Positions 9,449-19,401 of a stretch of 64,000 bases of DNA are shown in pieces; position 1 is the stretch's first letter, and every line of letters begins with the position of its first letter. A program made the position numbers and the translations under genes. Source of the DNA: an archaeon (GTDB lineage Archaea; EX4484-52; WAPT01); NCBI GenBank assembly GCA_029258795.1, contig JAPDKB010000008.1, positions 75,920 through 139,919 on the forward strand. Direction: 5' to 3'. The notes below the pieces were generated by a model. That model made no database searches. It was not told where the DNA came from and saw only the letters and a list, made by a program, of their open reading frames with translations.

Positions 9449-10370
9449 CTTTCAACGCGCTGATTATATCATCGATCATCTCAAGCGCGGCCTGTCTGGC
9501 CGCCTCCTCAAACCTGTCTTCACCCGCCTCATATTTCTCTGATCTGTACGCTGCTATAACACCTCTCGCTGAGTGGATTATGGCTCCGAGTCCATCCTCA
9601 TTGAAGTTGTGCACAACGTCCTTTGCTTTTGCACCCTGCGCTCCGTAGCCCGGCACGAGCACCACAGCTCTTGGAACAAGCTTCCTGCACACCTTTGCCT
9701 GCTCGGGATAGGTTGCGCCAACAACCATACCAACGGAAGAGTAGCCGTACTCCGTGCCGATCAGCTCGGCACCCCATTCATCCACCTTCCTTGCAACCAT
9801 CTGGAAGAGCGTTGAACTATCGTTGTCCATTTTCACGTCCTGAAACTCGTGGCTGGAAGGATTGGAGGTCTTCACGAGCACAAAGATGCCTTTGCCGAAA
9901 TTCCCGCACGCATCAAGGAACGGCTTTATCCCATCCGTGCCGAGGTACGGGTTGACTGTTATTGCGTCAGCATCAAAATAGCTACTTGCCTTTGTTCCGT
10001 CACACAGTTCAACTCTGCCCAAATAAGCGTTAGCGTAAGCTTCTGCTGTGCTTCCGATGTCGTTGCGCTTCACATCCAAAATCACAATTCTGTCCCTCTT
10101 TTTCACATGCTCTACGGTCTTTTTCAGCGCTTTTATGCCGTGCTTCCCGTAAAGTTCGTAGAACGCTGAATTGATTTTGTAGCACGGCACTAAATCGTAT
10201 GTAGCATCCACAATTTTCCTGTTAAACTCAAGTATGGCTTCTGCTGTGGCTTCAAACACGTTATCCTCCTTTTCCACGGCTTGCTGCTTTATGAACGAGG
10301 GCACGAAGCTTATTCTTGTGTCAAGCCCTATGCAGCACGGATTTTGTAGTTTATCCATTAGGTTTAACAA
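9426..10370 (-). CDS. pyrF: Orotidine 5'-phosphate decarboxylase, type 2
   Basis: VLVPGYGAQGAKA is the type-2 OMPdecase signature. The length (314 aa) is consistent. Confidence 0.8.
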   Translation of the reverse strand: MLNLMDKLQNPCCIGLDTRISFVPSFIKQQAVEKEDNVFEATAEAILEFNRKIVDATYDLVPCYKINSAFYELYGKHGIKALKKTVEHVKKRDRIVILDVKRNDIGSTAEAYANAYLGRVELCDGTKASSYFDADAITVNPYLGTDGIKPFLDACGNFGKGIFVLVKTSNPSSHEFQDVKMDNDSSTLFQMVARKVDEWGAELIGTEYGYSSVGMVVGATYPEQAKVCRKLVPRAVVLVPGYGAQGAKAKDVVHNFNEDGLGAIIHSARGVIAAYRSEKYEAGEDRFEEAARQAALEMIDDIISALKASGKCRW

Positions 10371-10403
10371 GCAGTCAGCGAAATTTTTCTTGATGATATC
10401 GCA

Positions 10404-10814
10404 TCACCAAGACAATAAAGTTATGGCAGCTATAGCAAGCAATACTCCCATAGCTTTGATGAGCGTTATCTTCTCCTCCAGCACCAGTATGCCTAGCAGC
10501 ACTGTCACAGCAGTACTCATACCAACTATCGGCTTGACTATACTTATCTTACCTGAGCTTATTGCACGAATGTAAAAGAAGAATGCTATGCTTGCTATAA
10601 AGCCAGCGGTGCTTACATAAGGCACAACTTGCTTGTTGATGGATTTTGACGGAGCTTGATAAACCCACATCAGAGCAAGAAAGAGGAGCATGAAGCCTGT
10701 GGTGAGGAAAGTCACGGTTAAAGAGTCTGCATAGTTTGATGCGAGCTTATAAAGCAGAGGCGTGATACCATAAAGGAGCATGGCGACCAGAGCAAAAATT
10801 ACGTAAGCTTCCAT
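10404..10814 (-). CDS. EamA/DMT-family small membrane transporter (4 TMS)
   Basis: Hydrophobic four-helix pattern. The start is trimmed to the internal Met (MEAYVIF); the full ORF extends to 10922. Confidence 0.55.
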   Translation of the reverse strand: MEAYVIFALVAMLLYGITPLLYKLASNYADSLTVTFLTTGFMLLFLALMWVYQAPSKSINKQVVPYVSTAGFIASIAFFFYIRAISSGKISIVKPIVGMSTAVTVLLGILVLEEKITLIKAMGVLLAIAAITLLSW

Positions 10815-10875
10815 GAAACTTCGATGAAGTTTAAAAACTTTAAATTTCTGTCGCTGCATATCTGTCCTTGTATCG

Positions 10876-11256
10876 TTAAAGTTGTACCACAAAACCCAGC
10901 TCTTCCAGAGCTTCCTTTGCATTTTTCAAGTCATTCTCCTTCACCAGAATGTGATCAGTCGAGTAGGAAGAGATAACAAAGATAGATACGCTTTTTTTGG
11001 CGAGTGCACTAGCTACTTTTGCGAGAAATCCGACAAGGTTGAAAGGCAGCACCATGTCAAAAGTAAGAAGCTTCCATCCCGGCTCCATCTCCAGTGTGTC
11101 CACTTCATCAATCTTTGCTTCATCGATTATGACCGTTATTTCCTTCCCATCCATTATGTTGGCAAAAGCTTCAGGGTGTGGTTTCTTGGCTTTGACTATC
11201 GCAAATCTCTCTTTCCACACGTATACTCTTCCATCAGAACGAACATCTTGTTCCAT
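10876..11256 (-). CDS. ACT-domain protein
   Basis: C-terminal NLVGFLAKVASALAKKSVSIFVISSYSTDHILV is an ACT fold signature. The start is trimmed; the full ORF extends to 11322. Confidence 0.55.
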   Translation of the reverse strand: MEQDVRSDGRVYVWKERFAIVKAKKPHPEAFANIMDGKEITVIIDEAKIDEVDTLEMEPGWKLLTFDMVLPFNLVGFLAKVASALAKKSVSIFVISSYSTDHILVKENDLKNAKEALEELGFVVQL

Positions 11257-11281
11257 GGTTTGATGATGCTCAAGAACATAT

Positions 11282-12133
11282 TTATTTGTAGGGCTCCAAT
11301 CCCTCAAAAAACTCCACCGCAAGCTTCCCTATGTCTTGACTGTAACCTCCTTCAAGAACAGCAAAACATCTTGCTTTGCATTCTTTAACTGTGTTTGCTA
11401 TGGGTTTAGCAATTTTTTGGTAGCTTTCTTTTTTGAGCAGAAAACCCGTAAGAGGATCCTTCTCGTAAGTGTCGAAACCCAACGAGATTGCAAGCACATC
11501 CGGCATGAATTGCTGTATTCTTGTCAGAGCTTTTTCCAGCGTTTTAAGGTAAGCTTTCTCATCCGTTCCGGCTGGGAGCGGGAAGTTTATGCAGTTATCA
11601 GTGCTTTCCGTTCCTGTGCCGGGATAAAATGGATACTGATGAATGGAAACGTAAAGCACGTTGTCATCATGCAAGAAGATGTCCTGAGTGCCGTTTCCGT
11701 GATGCACATCGATATCAAGAATGGCTACTCTTTCTCCAGAATAAACCTTCCTCACCGCTACGGCTATGTTGTTGAAGTAGCAAAATCCTCCGAGAAAGTT
11801 CTTGCCAGCGTGATGGCCCGGCGGTCTTGTCAGGGCAAAGCCCTCAAGCTCGGCAGCCTTTATTGCGCATCCTGCTGCAAGAATCGGGTACTTAACGTCT
11901 ATGGGCGGTGTGTCAGCATCAAAATAGTTCATACTCTCCACGCGTTTCACATGCTCTTCTGTGTGCACCACCAGCAGATCTTCAAGCTTTGCAGGCCTTG
12001 CATCCACAAAATCATGGTCAGTCTTTTCAAGCGCCTCCGCAATCCTTTTTACCCTTTCCGGAGTTTCCGGATGAAAGTCATCATGTCTGTATTCCAAACA
12101 GAGCGGGTTGTAGATGACGAGCATACTTTTCAA
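11282..12133 (-). CDS. Histone deacetylase-superfamily protein (AcuC/acetylpolyamine amidohydrolase-like)
   Basis: DIDVHHGNGTQ, FHPETPER and GGGY motifs. Shorter than typical at 283 aa. Confidence 0.85.
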   Translation of the reverse strand: MKSMLVIYNPLCLEYRHDDFHPETPERVKRIAEALEKTDHDFVDARPAKLEDLLVVHTEEHVKRVESMNYFDADTPPIDVKYPILAAGCAIKAAELEGFALTRPPGHHAGKNFLGGFCYFNNIAVAVRKVYSGERVAILDIDVHHGNGTQDIFLHDDNVLYVSIHQYPFYPGTGTESTDNCINFPLPAGTDEKAYLKTLEKALTRIQQFMPDVLAISLGFDTYEKDPLTGFLLKKESYQKIAKPIANTVKECKARCFAVLEGGYSQDIGKLAVEFFEGLEPYK

Positions 12134-12167
12134 TTGAAAAAAGAAGAAAGTTTAAGGCGCTTTTTCA

Positions 12168-12830
12168 TCACTTCTTTCTCAACGTGTGTGCTGCCACAAG
12201 CACGGCAAGGAAGAGAAATACTGCACCAATCATGGACGATGCTGTGCCGACAGCCATCCCCGAAATGCTTCTTTCAGCCAGAGATGCCATGTTGAAAGCG
12301 GCTGTGGCAAGGAGTAATATCGGTGTGATGAGCAGAGCAAGCTCCAAGCCGTGGGATGTCGATTGACTTGTTTCTTCCCTCACAGGGGCCTGTGGAACTT
12401 GCTCTTGCTCTTCTTCTTTCTGGAATTTATCTTCGAAAGCATGCCACCTATGTAGTTCATAAGCTATGGACTCCCTTATTATGTTTCTTATCCTCTCAAG
12501 CCGGTGGCCCTCCTTCCTTTTAGCAAAGCGGTATGAATGCCCATCAGTGTGCAGGAAATCCTTCACAGCTCTTGCATTCAGGATTACATGTTCCTTTTCA
12601 TGGTCTATGTGCACCAGCTTATCGGGTGGTGTGGGCTCAACATAGAATCTAAATCTTCTGAGCATATCGTGATAAACAACATCCGGGCTCAAATTTGGGT
12701 GGTGCGCGACTATTCTCTCTGCCGCAAGCCTGACAGCTTCCGGGAATATGCTTCCGAACACTCCTTTTATATCCTTTCTAACAACTGACTTGTAAGCATC
12801 CTTCATTGCATCAAGGTATCTCTTTGTCAT
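12168..12830 (-). CDS. Hypothetical protein with a C-terminal TM anchor
   Basis: ORF that is His-rich in its central part and has a hydrophobic C-terminus. Confidence 0.5.
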   Translation of the reverse strand: MTKRYLDAMKDAYKSVVRKDIKGVFGSIFPEAVRLAAERIVAHHPNLSPDVVYHDMLRRFRFYVEPTPPDKLVHIDHEKEHVILNARAVKDFLHTDGHSYRFAKRKEGHRLERIRNIIRESIAYELHRWHAFEDKFQKEEEQEQVPQAPVREETSQSTSHGLELALLITPILLLATAAFNMASLAERSISGMAVGTASSMIGAVFLFLAVLVAAHTLRKK

Positions 12831-12990
12831 GTTAGAAAGGAAGAAAATAACCTAAATATATTGATTTGTATAGTGTAATATACATTATACGGAATGTAAT
12901 TTTGATTCAGAGCTATGTTCGGTTACGACACATTATTGAAAAATCAATTTTTCTCGTGAAATAAACCCTTTTAAAACTCCACCCGAAATT

Positions 12991-15654
12991 TTGTTTATGG
13001 CTTCTGCGGAGCAGGGTGAAGCTTCAGCCGGAAGAATCGTCTGGATGGATAAGCCCTACAGCAGGGAGGAGATAGAGAGCATACTAGACCCGCTGGTTAG
13101 AGAGTGGTTCTTCTCCCGCTTTAAAGATTTTTCTCCACCCCAGCGCTTCGCCATCATGGAGATACACAGGCAGAACAACGTGCTCGTTTCAAGCCCAACT
13201 GGAAGCGGGAAGACGCTTGCTGCCTTCCTTGCAATCATAAACGAGCTTGTGATCCTTGCAAGGAACAACATGCTTGAAGATAAGATTTACTGCATCTACA
13301 TCTCTCCTTTGAGGGCTTTGAGCAACGACATAGAAAGAAATCTGCAAGTACCCCTTGCTGAGATCTACGAGCTCGCGAAGAAAAAAGGAATAAAATTGCA
13401 AAGGATACGCGTGGCAAAGCGCACCGGAGACACCACCGCAAGTCAAAAATCCAGCCAGCTGAAGAAGCCGCCACACATACTCATCACCACACCCGAAAGC
13501 TTCACCATAGCTCTGTCTTCCCCAAAATTCTCGCAGCTGATGGCTCAGGCAAGGTATGTTGTGGTGGATGAAATACACAGCATAGCCGAAAATAAGCGCG
13601 GCTCCCTGCTGTCTCTGGCTTTGGAAAGGCTCGAAGCCAAAGCTCAGAACAGCTTTGTCAGAATTGGTCTTTCAGCCACGATCCACCCGCTGGAAGAGGT
13701 GGCTAAATTCCTCGTTGGATTTGAGGAAGAGGGGTTGCCAAGGCACTGTAAAATTGTGGATGTCTCGTTTGAAAAAAGGATCGATGTTGAGGTGCTTTCT
13801 CCAGTGGAGGATCTGATCTACACACCAACAGAAGTTATGCATGAAAAGCTTTACCAGCTGCTGGACAAGCTGATAGAAAAGCACACCACCACCCTCATCT
13901 TCACCAATACGAGATCGGGCACGGAAAGGGTTGTGCACCATCTCAAAACCAAGTTCAAGGATAAGTACGCTGAGCTTGTTGAAGCGCACCACGGTTCTCT
14001 CTCAAGAGAGATAAGGTTGGACGTGGAGAGAAAGCTGAAGGAGGGCAAGCTGAAGTGCGTGGTGTCATCCACTTCCCTTGAGCTTGGAATAGACATAGGT
14101 TATATCGATCTTGTGGTGCTCATAGGCAGCCCGAAGTCGGTAACGAGAGCTATCCAGCGCATAGGGAGAAGTGGTCATAGGCTGGAGGATGTGGCCAAAG
14201 GCAAGATAGTCGTGCTTGACAGGGATGATCTTGTTGAATGTGTGGTGATGGCGAAGAACATAAGGGAGAGGAAACTCGACAAGATTCACATACCCACAAA
14301 CACGCTCGATGTGTTATGTCAGCATCTGGTCGGCATGAGCATAGAGAGGGGGTGGAAAGTTGAGGAAGCTTTCAGCATGATAAAAAGGAGCTATACCTTT
14401 CACAATCTCAGCTGGGAAGATTACATGGCGGTGCTGCGCTATCTGAATGGAGAGTACGTGCAGCTGGAAGAGAGAAACGTGTACGCGAAGCTCTGGTTTG
14501 ATGAGGAGACGATGGAGTTTGGAAGGCGTGGCAAGATGATAAGACCCATCTACTATTTAAACGTGGGGACGATACCTGAGGAGAGCTACGCCAAGATCTA
14601 TTCAGCTGACAAGAAGTCCTTCATCGGGATGGTGGAGGAGGAGTTTATGGAGAAGCTGACAAAAGGAGATAGGTTTGTTCTTGGTGGTAAGGTTTACGAG
14701 TTTCTTTATTCGAGGGGGAATAAGGGCTATGTCAAGCTGGTGGAGGATGCCAAGCCAACCGTGCCGTCATGGTTTTCCGAGCAGCTCCCTCTGACATATG
14801 AACTCGCTCAGGACATCGGCCGCTTCAGGTTCGAGATGAGGAGCCTGCTGGAGAGCGGGGCCGATAAACCTTACATAATAAGACATTTGATGGAGAAGTA
14901 CAAGGTGAATAGAGTCACAGCTGAAGCCATCTACAACTACTTCAGGGAGCAGTATGACTATCTCTTCGTGCCAACGCATGCTGAGGTGCTTGTTGAGAAC
15001 TACATGGATGAGCTGGGCAGGCAGAACATAATATTCCACACTCTTGTGGGAAGGAGAGCTAATGAAGCTTTGAGCAGAGCTTATGCTTATGCTCTTTCCC
15101 GCTACAAAAGGTGCAACGTCAGGATAATGCTCAATGATAACGGCTTTGCATTGATTCTGCCGAGGGATGTACGGGTTGACCCTCATCTCGTGGTTGAGCT
15201 TGTAACATCTGACAATCTGGAAGAAATGCTCAGACATGCGCTCGAAGGCACGGAAATTCTGAAGCGCAGATTCAGGCATGTGGCGACGAGAAGCTTCCTG
15301 ATACTCAGGCGTTACGGAAAGCGTGAGAAAAGTGTGGCAAGGCAGCAGGTGAATGCCGAGATGCTTCTCAAGCTTATAAAGCGCATCGATCCGAACTTCC
15401 CTCTTCTCAAGGAGACGTACCGCGAGATAATGGAGGATGCCATGGACATAAAGAATGCGAAGCTCTTCCTGAAGGACATCGAGGCGGGAAGAAAGAGGTT
15501 CGTGATAAAGGACAGCGTAGAGCTCCCATCTCCGTTTGCGCTGAATCTCGTGGTGCTCGGATCAACGGATGCCGTGCTCATGGAGGACAGGAGGGAGCTG
15601 ATAAAGCTCTTCCATCACCAGCTCATGAAACGGCTTGGAGGTGAGGTGTCTTGA
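12991..15654 (+). CDS. lhr: ATP-dependent helicase Lhr (Lhr-core)
   Basis: 887 aa. SPTGSGKT Walker A, DEIH box and a long C-terminal Lhr-specific domain. Confidence 0.9.
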   Translation: MFMASAEQGEASAGRIVWMDKPYSREEIESILDPLVREWFFSRFKDFSPPQRFAIMEIHRQNNVLVSSPTGSGKTLAAFLAIINELVILARNNMLEDKIYCIYISPLRALSNDIERNLQVPLAEIYELAKKKGIKLQRIRVAKRTGDTTASQKSSQLKKPPHILITTPESFTIALSSPKFSQLMAQARYVVVDEIHSIAENKRGSLLSLALERLEAKAQNSFVRIGLSATIHPLEEVAKFLVGFEEEGLPRHCKIVDVSFEKRIDVEVLSPVEDLIYTPTEVMHEKLYQLLDKLIEKHTTTLIFTNTRSGTERVVHHLKTKFKDKYAELVEAHHGSLSREIRLDVERKLKEGKLKCVVSSTSLELGIDIGYIDLVVLIGSPKSVTRAIQRIGRSGHRLEDVAKGKIVVLDRDDLVECVVMAKNIRERKLDKIHIPTNTLDVLCQHLVGMSIERGWKVEEAFSMIKRSYTFHNLSWEDYMAVLRYLNGEYVQLEERNVYAKLWFDEETMEFGRRGKMIRPIYYLNVGTIPEESYAKIYSADKKSFIGMVEEEFMEKLTKGDRFVLGGKVYEFLYSRGNKGYVKLVEDAKPTVPSWFSEQLPLTYELAQDIGRFRFEMRSLLESGADKPYIIRHLMEKYKVNRVTAEAIYNYFREQYDYLFVPTHAEVLVENYMDELGRQNIIFHTLVGRRANEALSRAYAYALSRYKRCNVRIMLNDNGFALILPRDVRVDPHLVVELVTSDNLEEMLRHALEGTEILKRRFRHVATRSFLILRRYGKREKSVARQQVNAEMLLKLIKRIDPNFPLLKETYREIMEDAMDIKNAKLFLKDIEAGRKRFVIKDSVELPSPFALNLVVLGSTDAVLMEDRRELIKLFHHQLMKRLGGEVS

Positions 15655-15983
15655 AGGGAATTGATTTTTTCAGGCTGAATGAGGAGGGATTGAAGAGAAG
15701 AAAGGAGAAGGAAATGGAAGAAGAGAAGATGATTTACGATGCTCTCCGCAAGTATGTGAAAGATGGAGAGGGGCTTGTGCTTCTCTATACTATCGGGCCG
15801 GGGGCTGAGAGGGAAGAGTACAGGGTCGTGATGGACAGATTCAACGTCAAGGAGGTTAGGAAGGCTCTGGAGTACATGGGAGGTAAGCTTGAAATCTCCG
15901 TGCCATCCGAAGGCTTGTGCCTCGTGCTGAAAAAGGATGATACCCTCCAAGAATTTTACGTGGAAGTGAAAAATGATGAGTGA
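15651..15983 (+). CDS. Hypothetical protein between lhr and the MPE gene
   Basis: 110 aa. ATGA overlap with the lhr stop and an 11-nt overlap with the MPE gene. Confidence 0.4.
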   Translation: MKGIDFFRLNEEGLKRRKEKEMEEEKMIYDALRKYVKDGEGLVLLYTIGPGAEREEYRVVMDRFNVKEVRKALEYMGGKLEISVPSEGLCLVLKKDDTLQEFYVEVKNDE

Positions 15984-16743
15984 TGATATTATACCAAAGG
16001 AAGTTTTGGTGGACAGCAAGATTAAGTTATTGCCGGAAGGGGGAGCGGTCATTGACGACAAAATTCTTGTTATAGCGGATCTCCACCTTGGTTTTGAAGG
16101 TGTGATGGCCACAAGCGGGCTATTCATGCCGCGCATCATGCTTGAGGACGTAAAAGCTCTGCTTTCCCGAATTGTGGATAAGCACAAAAAACTTGAGGAG
16201 CTCGTTGTTGCTGGAGACATGAAGCATGAATTTGCGGAGATGCACGGGTTTGAGTGGAAGGATGTGCATGCCTTCATGGAGTTCGCGCTTGAAAAATTCA
16301 AAAGGGTCGTGGTGGTGAGGGGAAATCATGACAACTATCTCAAAGTTGCACTCAAGAGGTATGAGAGAGTGGTGTTTGAGGAAGCTGCCTATGTTAAAGA
16401 TGATTTTGTGGTGGTGCATGGCGATAAGGATAATGTTGCGGCTTTTTCCAGACCCTTCCTGATAATGGGGCACGAGCATCCAGCCATCGTTGTGAAGGAT
16501 GATGTTGGTGCCGTTGTGAGAACAAGATGTTTCATGGTTGGCAAGTATGGGAGGACTAGGATTGTTGTGCTTCCGGCATTCTCTCCGATTTTTATGGGTA
16601 CCGACATCCTTTCAATGCCGGACAGCGAGCTCCTCTCGCCGATTCTAAGAAGGATTGGCATAGAGGATTTCAAGCTTTACGCCTGCCTTGAAGATGAGGT
16701 TCTCGAATTTCCCACCATAGCTGAGATAAGAGCTCACATGTGA
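15973..16743 (+). CDS. Lhr-associated metallophosphoesterase (calcineurin-like, MPE)
   Basis: IADLHLG, GDMKHE, GNHD and GHEHP motifs. Confidence 0.85.
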   Translation: MMSDDIIPKEVLVDSKIKLLPEGGAVIDDKILVIADLHLGFEGVMATSGLFMPRIMLEDVKALLSRIVDKHKKLEELVVAGDMKHEFAEMHGFEWKDVHAFMEFALEKFKRVVVVRGNHDNYLKVALKRYERVVFEEAAYVKDDFVVVHGDKDNVAAFSRPFLIMGHEHPAIVVKDDVGAVVRTRCFMVGKYGRTRIVVLPAFSPIFMGTDILSMPDSELLSPILRRIGIEDFKLYACLEDEVLEFPTIAEIRAHM

Positions 16744-16749
16744 TGCGCG

Positions 16750-17919
16750 ATGGATGCTGAAAAGCTGAAAAAAAGGGTGGTGGATGCTTACCACTTGGGC
16801 AGATTTGCCGGGTGGGAAGGGAATAAAAACCTTGCTGTATATCGTTGGTTTCCTTACAAGGAAGCGTTTTCAAAGCAGCTGATGGATGAGATTCTCAGCG
16901 CTCATTCCACCAAAAATGTGGAAAGAGTCCTCGACCCTTTCTGTGGGACAGGCACAACAATACTTGCGTGTCTTGAGCGCGGGATAAGCGCTGTTGGGGT
17001 TGAGGCAAGCAGGATGATGGTTGCAGTTGCGAAAACAAAAACCACACGCTATAACGCTTTCGAGCTCAGGAACAAGCTTGCGCTTTTGGTGAAAGAAGCT
17101 AAAAAGATGGATGTGGATGAGGAGGAAGTAAGAGAAGCTCTCAACAACCCTCTGCTCGCAAGAGCATTCTCTCCAAGAAAAATGAAGGAGTTGCTCGCCC
17201 TCAAGAAAGCAATAAACAACGTTTGTGAAGATGGAAATGAAGCCCGGTTTTTTAGGCTTGCGCTTGCAACCGCTGCTTATGAAGCATCCGCACTCCTCAG
17301 AGATGGAGCGGTTTTCAAGCAAAGGAAACGGGTTAAACCCGCGCTCCTTGAAGAATTTGAAAGGCAGGCAAGCAGGATGATTCAAGATGTTGCAAGTTTC
17401 TGGCAAAAACATGCAAAAACTCATGCAGAGACAGGCGTTGTTCATGGAGATGCGAGAAACCTTCCTTTTCATAATGAAAGCTTTGACCTTCTCATTACCT
17501 CTCCACCCTATCTTAAAAAAGAGGAGTACGTGAAGGTGTACGGAATAGAGAGGTTCTGCATGCTCAACGAAACCATGGAAAATGCGAGCAGGTTTCTCGG
17601 CACATCCTACAGGAAGGGCGGTAAGGAGGGGGATGAAAGTGTTGAAGAAATGGTCGAATCTTATTTTAATGATCTGGGGAAGTTTCTGGTTGAGGCATTC
17701 AGGTGTTTAAGGGGGGGTGGAAGCGCGTACATCATTATTGGGGATGCGTGCATAGATGGAAAAGCATACGACTGCTGCTTTAGAACGGCTGAGATAGCAA
17801 GCAAAACCGGGTTTGAAGTGAAGCGAATATACATGTTAAATGAGAGGTGGTGTGTGAGGCAGCGCGTCTTCAAAACATCCAAAGTTTATGAGGCTGCTGT
17901 ATGGATTAGAAAGCCGTAA
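16750..17919 (+). CDS. DNA methyltransferase, probably N4-cytosine specific
   Basis: Motif I DPFCGTGTT lies upstream of motif IV SPPY, with a ~180-aa putative TRD between them. Confidence 0.85.
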   Translation: MDAEKLKKRVVDAYHLGRFAGWEGNKNLAVYRWFPYKEAFSKQLMDEILSAHSTKNVERVLDPFCGTGTTILACLERGISAVGVEASRMMVAVAKTKTTRYNAFELRNKLALLVKEAKKMDVDEEEVREALNNPLLARAFSPRKMKELLALKKAINNVCEDGNEARFFRLALATAAYEASALLRDGAVFKQRKRVKPALLEEFERQASRMIQDVASFWQKHAKTHAETGVVHGDARNLPFHNESFDLLITSPPYLKKEEYVKVYGIERFCMLNETMENASRFLGTSYRKGGKEGDESVEEMVESYFNDLGKFLVEAFRCLRGGGSAYIIIGDACIDGKAYDCCFRTAEIASKTGFEVKRIYMLNERWCVRQRVFKTSKVYEAAVWIRKP

Positions 17920-17979
17920 ACAGCAAGTTTTTACCTGAAAGAGGTAAAAATTAAAATTTTTTGAACAATCAGAACAACC

Positions 17980-18762
17980 ATGATAAAATTTATTCACCTT
18001 CCTGAATTCGGGATGGTTCGCTTTACATCTAAAGATGAAAGCCGCGACTACAAATTCACTCCCGAAACAACGCCACGGCTTGAATTGGGGTTGCCCTATT
18101 CTTACCTCTCCTCGCTTCCTGATGTGAAGCTGGGCGACGAGTATTATGTAAAATGTGTGGATAGTGGTTTTCGGATTCATTCCATCTACAAAAATGTTGT
18201 GAGAAAGGAGAGTGACGATTATAGGGAGGTGGGATTTGAAGAGCGCGGCAAGGTGGAAATAGGAGGTCATGAATTGTTTTTTAGGAGGAGGATGTCTCGG
18301 GTGGAGAAGGAAGAGGAGGTTGTTGAGGACGGAGTTCCTGCTTCAAAGATGGTTGGAGGTTTTGAGAGTATAATGAGGATTGGTAAAGCGAGGGAGCTGG
18401 TGGAATGTGATTACGAGAGCGAGAATGGGCTTTACCGCTTTTACACCAGAGTTAGAGGGATGGAGGCTAATGGTCCTGCAAAGGATGCAACCTACTGGCA
18501 CATGTTTCCCTCCAGGAGATGGGTGCCCGAGCTCAACCTTTCAGAATACGATGTTGAGTTCTGCGGGTTTGTGAGAGAGCTCTCCCATCCCTCCTCCAAA
18601 ATCAGGACAAAGGAATGGTGGATATTTCAGATGGGAGAGAATGCTGAAAAGCTACGCGCTCTTCAAGTGGTGTCAAACTTCGAAAGGGATTACGGGGAAG
18701 TGGAGACAGTGTACAGAAGCATGAAGGATAGGTTAGCAGAAACAATGGCACAGCTGGTTTGA
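17980..18762 (+). CDS. Hypothetical protein (260 aa) downstream of the MTase
   Basis: ORF on the same strand, 60 nt after the MTase. Confidence 0.5.
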   Translation: MIKFIHLPEFGMVRFTSKDESRDYKFTPETTPRLELGLPYSYLSSLPDVKLGDEYYVKCVDSGFRIHSIYKNVVRKESDDYREVGFEERGKVEIGGHELFFRRRMSRVEKEEEVVEDGVPASKMVGGFESIMRIGKARELVECDYESENGLYRFYTRVRGMEANGPAKDATYWHMFPSRRWVPELNLSEYDVEFCGFVRELSHPSSKIRTKEWWIFQMGENAEKLRALQVVSNFERDYGEVETVYRSMKDRLAETMAQLV

Positions 18763-18763
18763 T

Positions 18764-18973
18764 TTGGGAGTGATATCAGAAAAATTTATATGTAAGTTCT
18801 CAACCTTAATTACCTTTATGGCGAAATGTCCTATCTGCGGGGAAAAGATAAGTCTTTCCGGTCACAGACACGTTCTTTGTAAGCATCACAAATGGTTTGT
18901 GCATCTGGAATGCTGCAAGAAAAAGTGTAGCATGCATGGCGAGCCATGCGAGCATGCTTTCAAAATCTACTGA
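18764..18973 (+). CDS. Small Cys/His-rich zinc-finger protein
   Basis: CPICGEK...CKHHKW...HLECCKKKC..HGEPCEH. Confidence 0.35.
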   Translation: MGVISEKFICKFSTLITFMAKCPICGEKISLSGHRHVLCKHHKWFVHLECCKKKCSMHGEPCEHAFKIY

Positions 18974-19329
18974 ACGCTTATTCTTTTGCTCATCCACGTG
19001 CCGTGAAGATTGCACCTCGCTTTTGCAAAGATTGTTGAGCTGGGCGTTGCGTGCACAAGAACTTCCACAGAAGGATGGGCAAGAGATGCCGTGAAATCAA
19101 CTCTTACTGCAGGAGTGTCATCCACACAAAGCTCAATCCACTGTATAAAATGTGAGGGTTCATTGGGATGTTTGAGGTATTTTCCCACCTCAACCCTCAC
19201 TCTGGCAAGCTGCTTTTCCTCATCAAAACTCAGCACATCAACATCAACATGATGTTTCTTCTCGGCATCGCTCATCTCAACCGGATCCCAGCTTCTGGGT
19301 CTGTTCACACCGTATAGCAAGGCATTCAT
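18967..19329 (-). CDS. Superoxide reductase (neelaredoxin/desulfoferrodoxin Fe-centre II domain)
   Basis: EKKHHV, HPNEPSHFIQWIEL and CNLHG iron-ligand motifs. The start is ambiguous (19329 or 19275); the full ORF extends to 19440. Confidence 0.75.
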   Translation of the reverse strand: MNALLYGVNRPRSWDPVEMSDAEKKHHVDVDVLSFDEEKQLARVRVEVGKYLKHPNEPSHFIQWIELCVDDTPAVRVDFTASLAHPSVEVLVHATPSSTIFAKARCNLHGTWMSKRISVQ

Positions 19330-19401
19330 ACCCACCACCTCCGATATGAATGGTGAGCAGGAATTTTTAAAATAAAAATCTAAGCCACCAAGCTGAAAAA
19401 C

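Noticed and set aside
12831-12990. Near-palindrome GTATAGTGTAATATACATTATAC in the divergent promoter between the 220-aa gene and lhr
   Set aside because: It is an imperfect palindrome in an AT-rich spacer and is indistinguishable from chance TATA-like sequence.
13056-15581. Antisense ORFs within the lhr gene (13189-13578, 14767-15279, 15312-15581)
   Set aside because: They are fully contained in an 887-aa helicase gene with clear motifs, so they are shadow ORFs.
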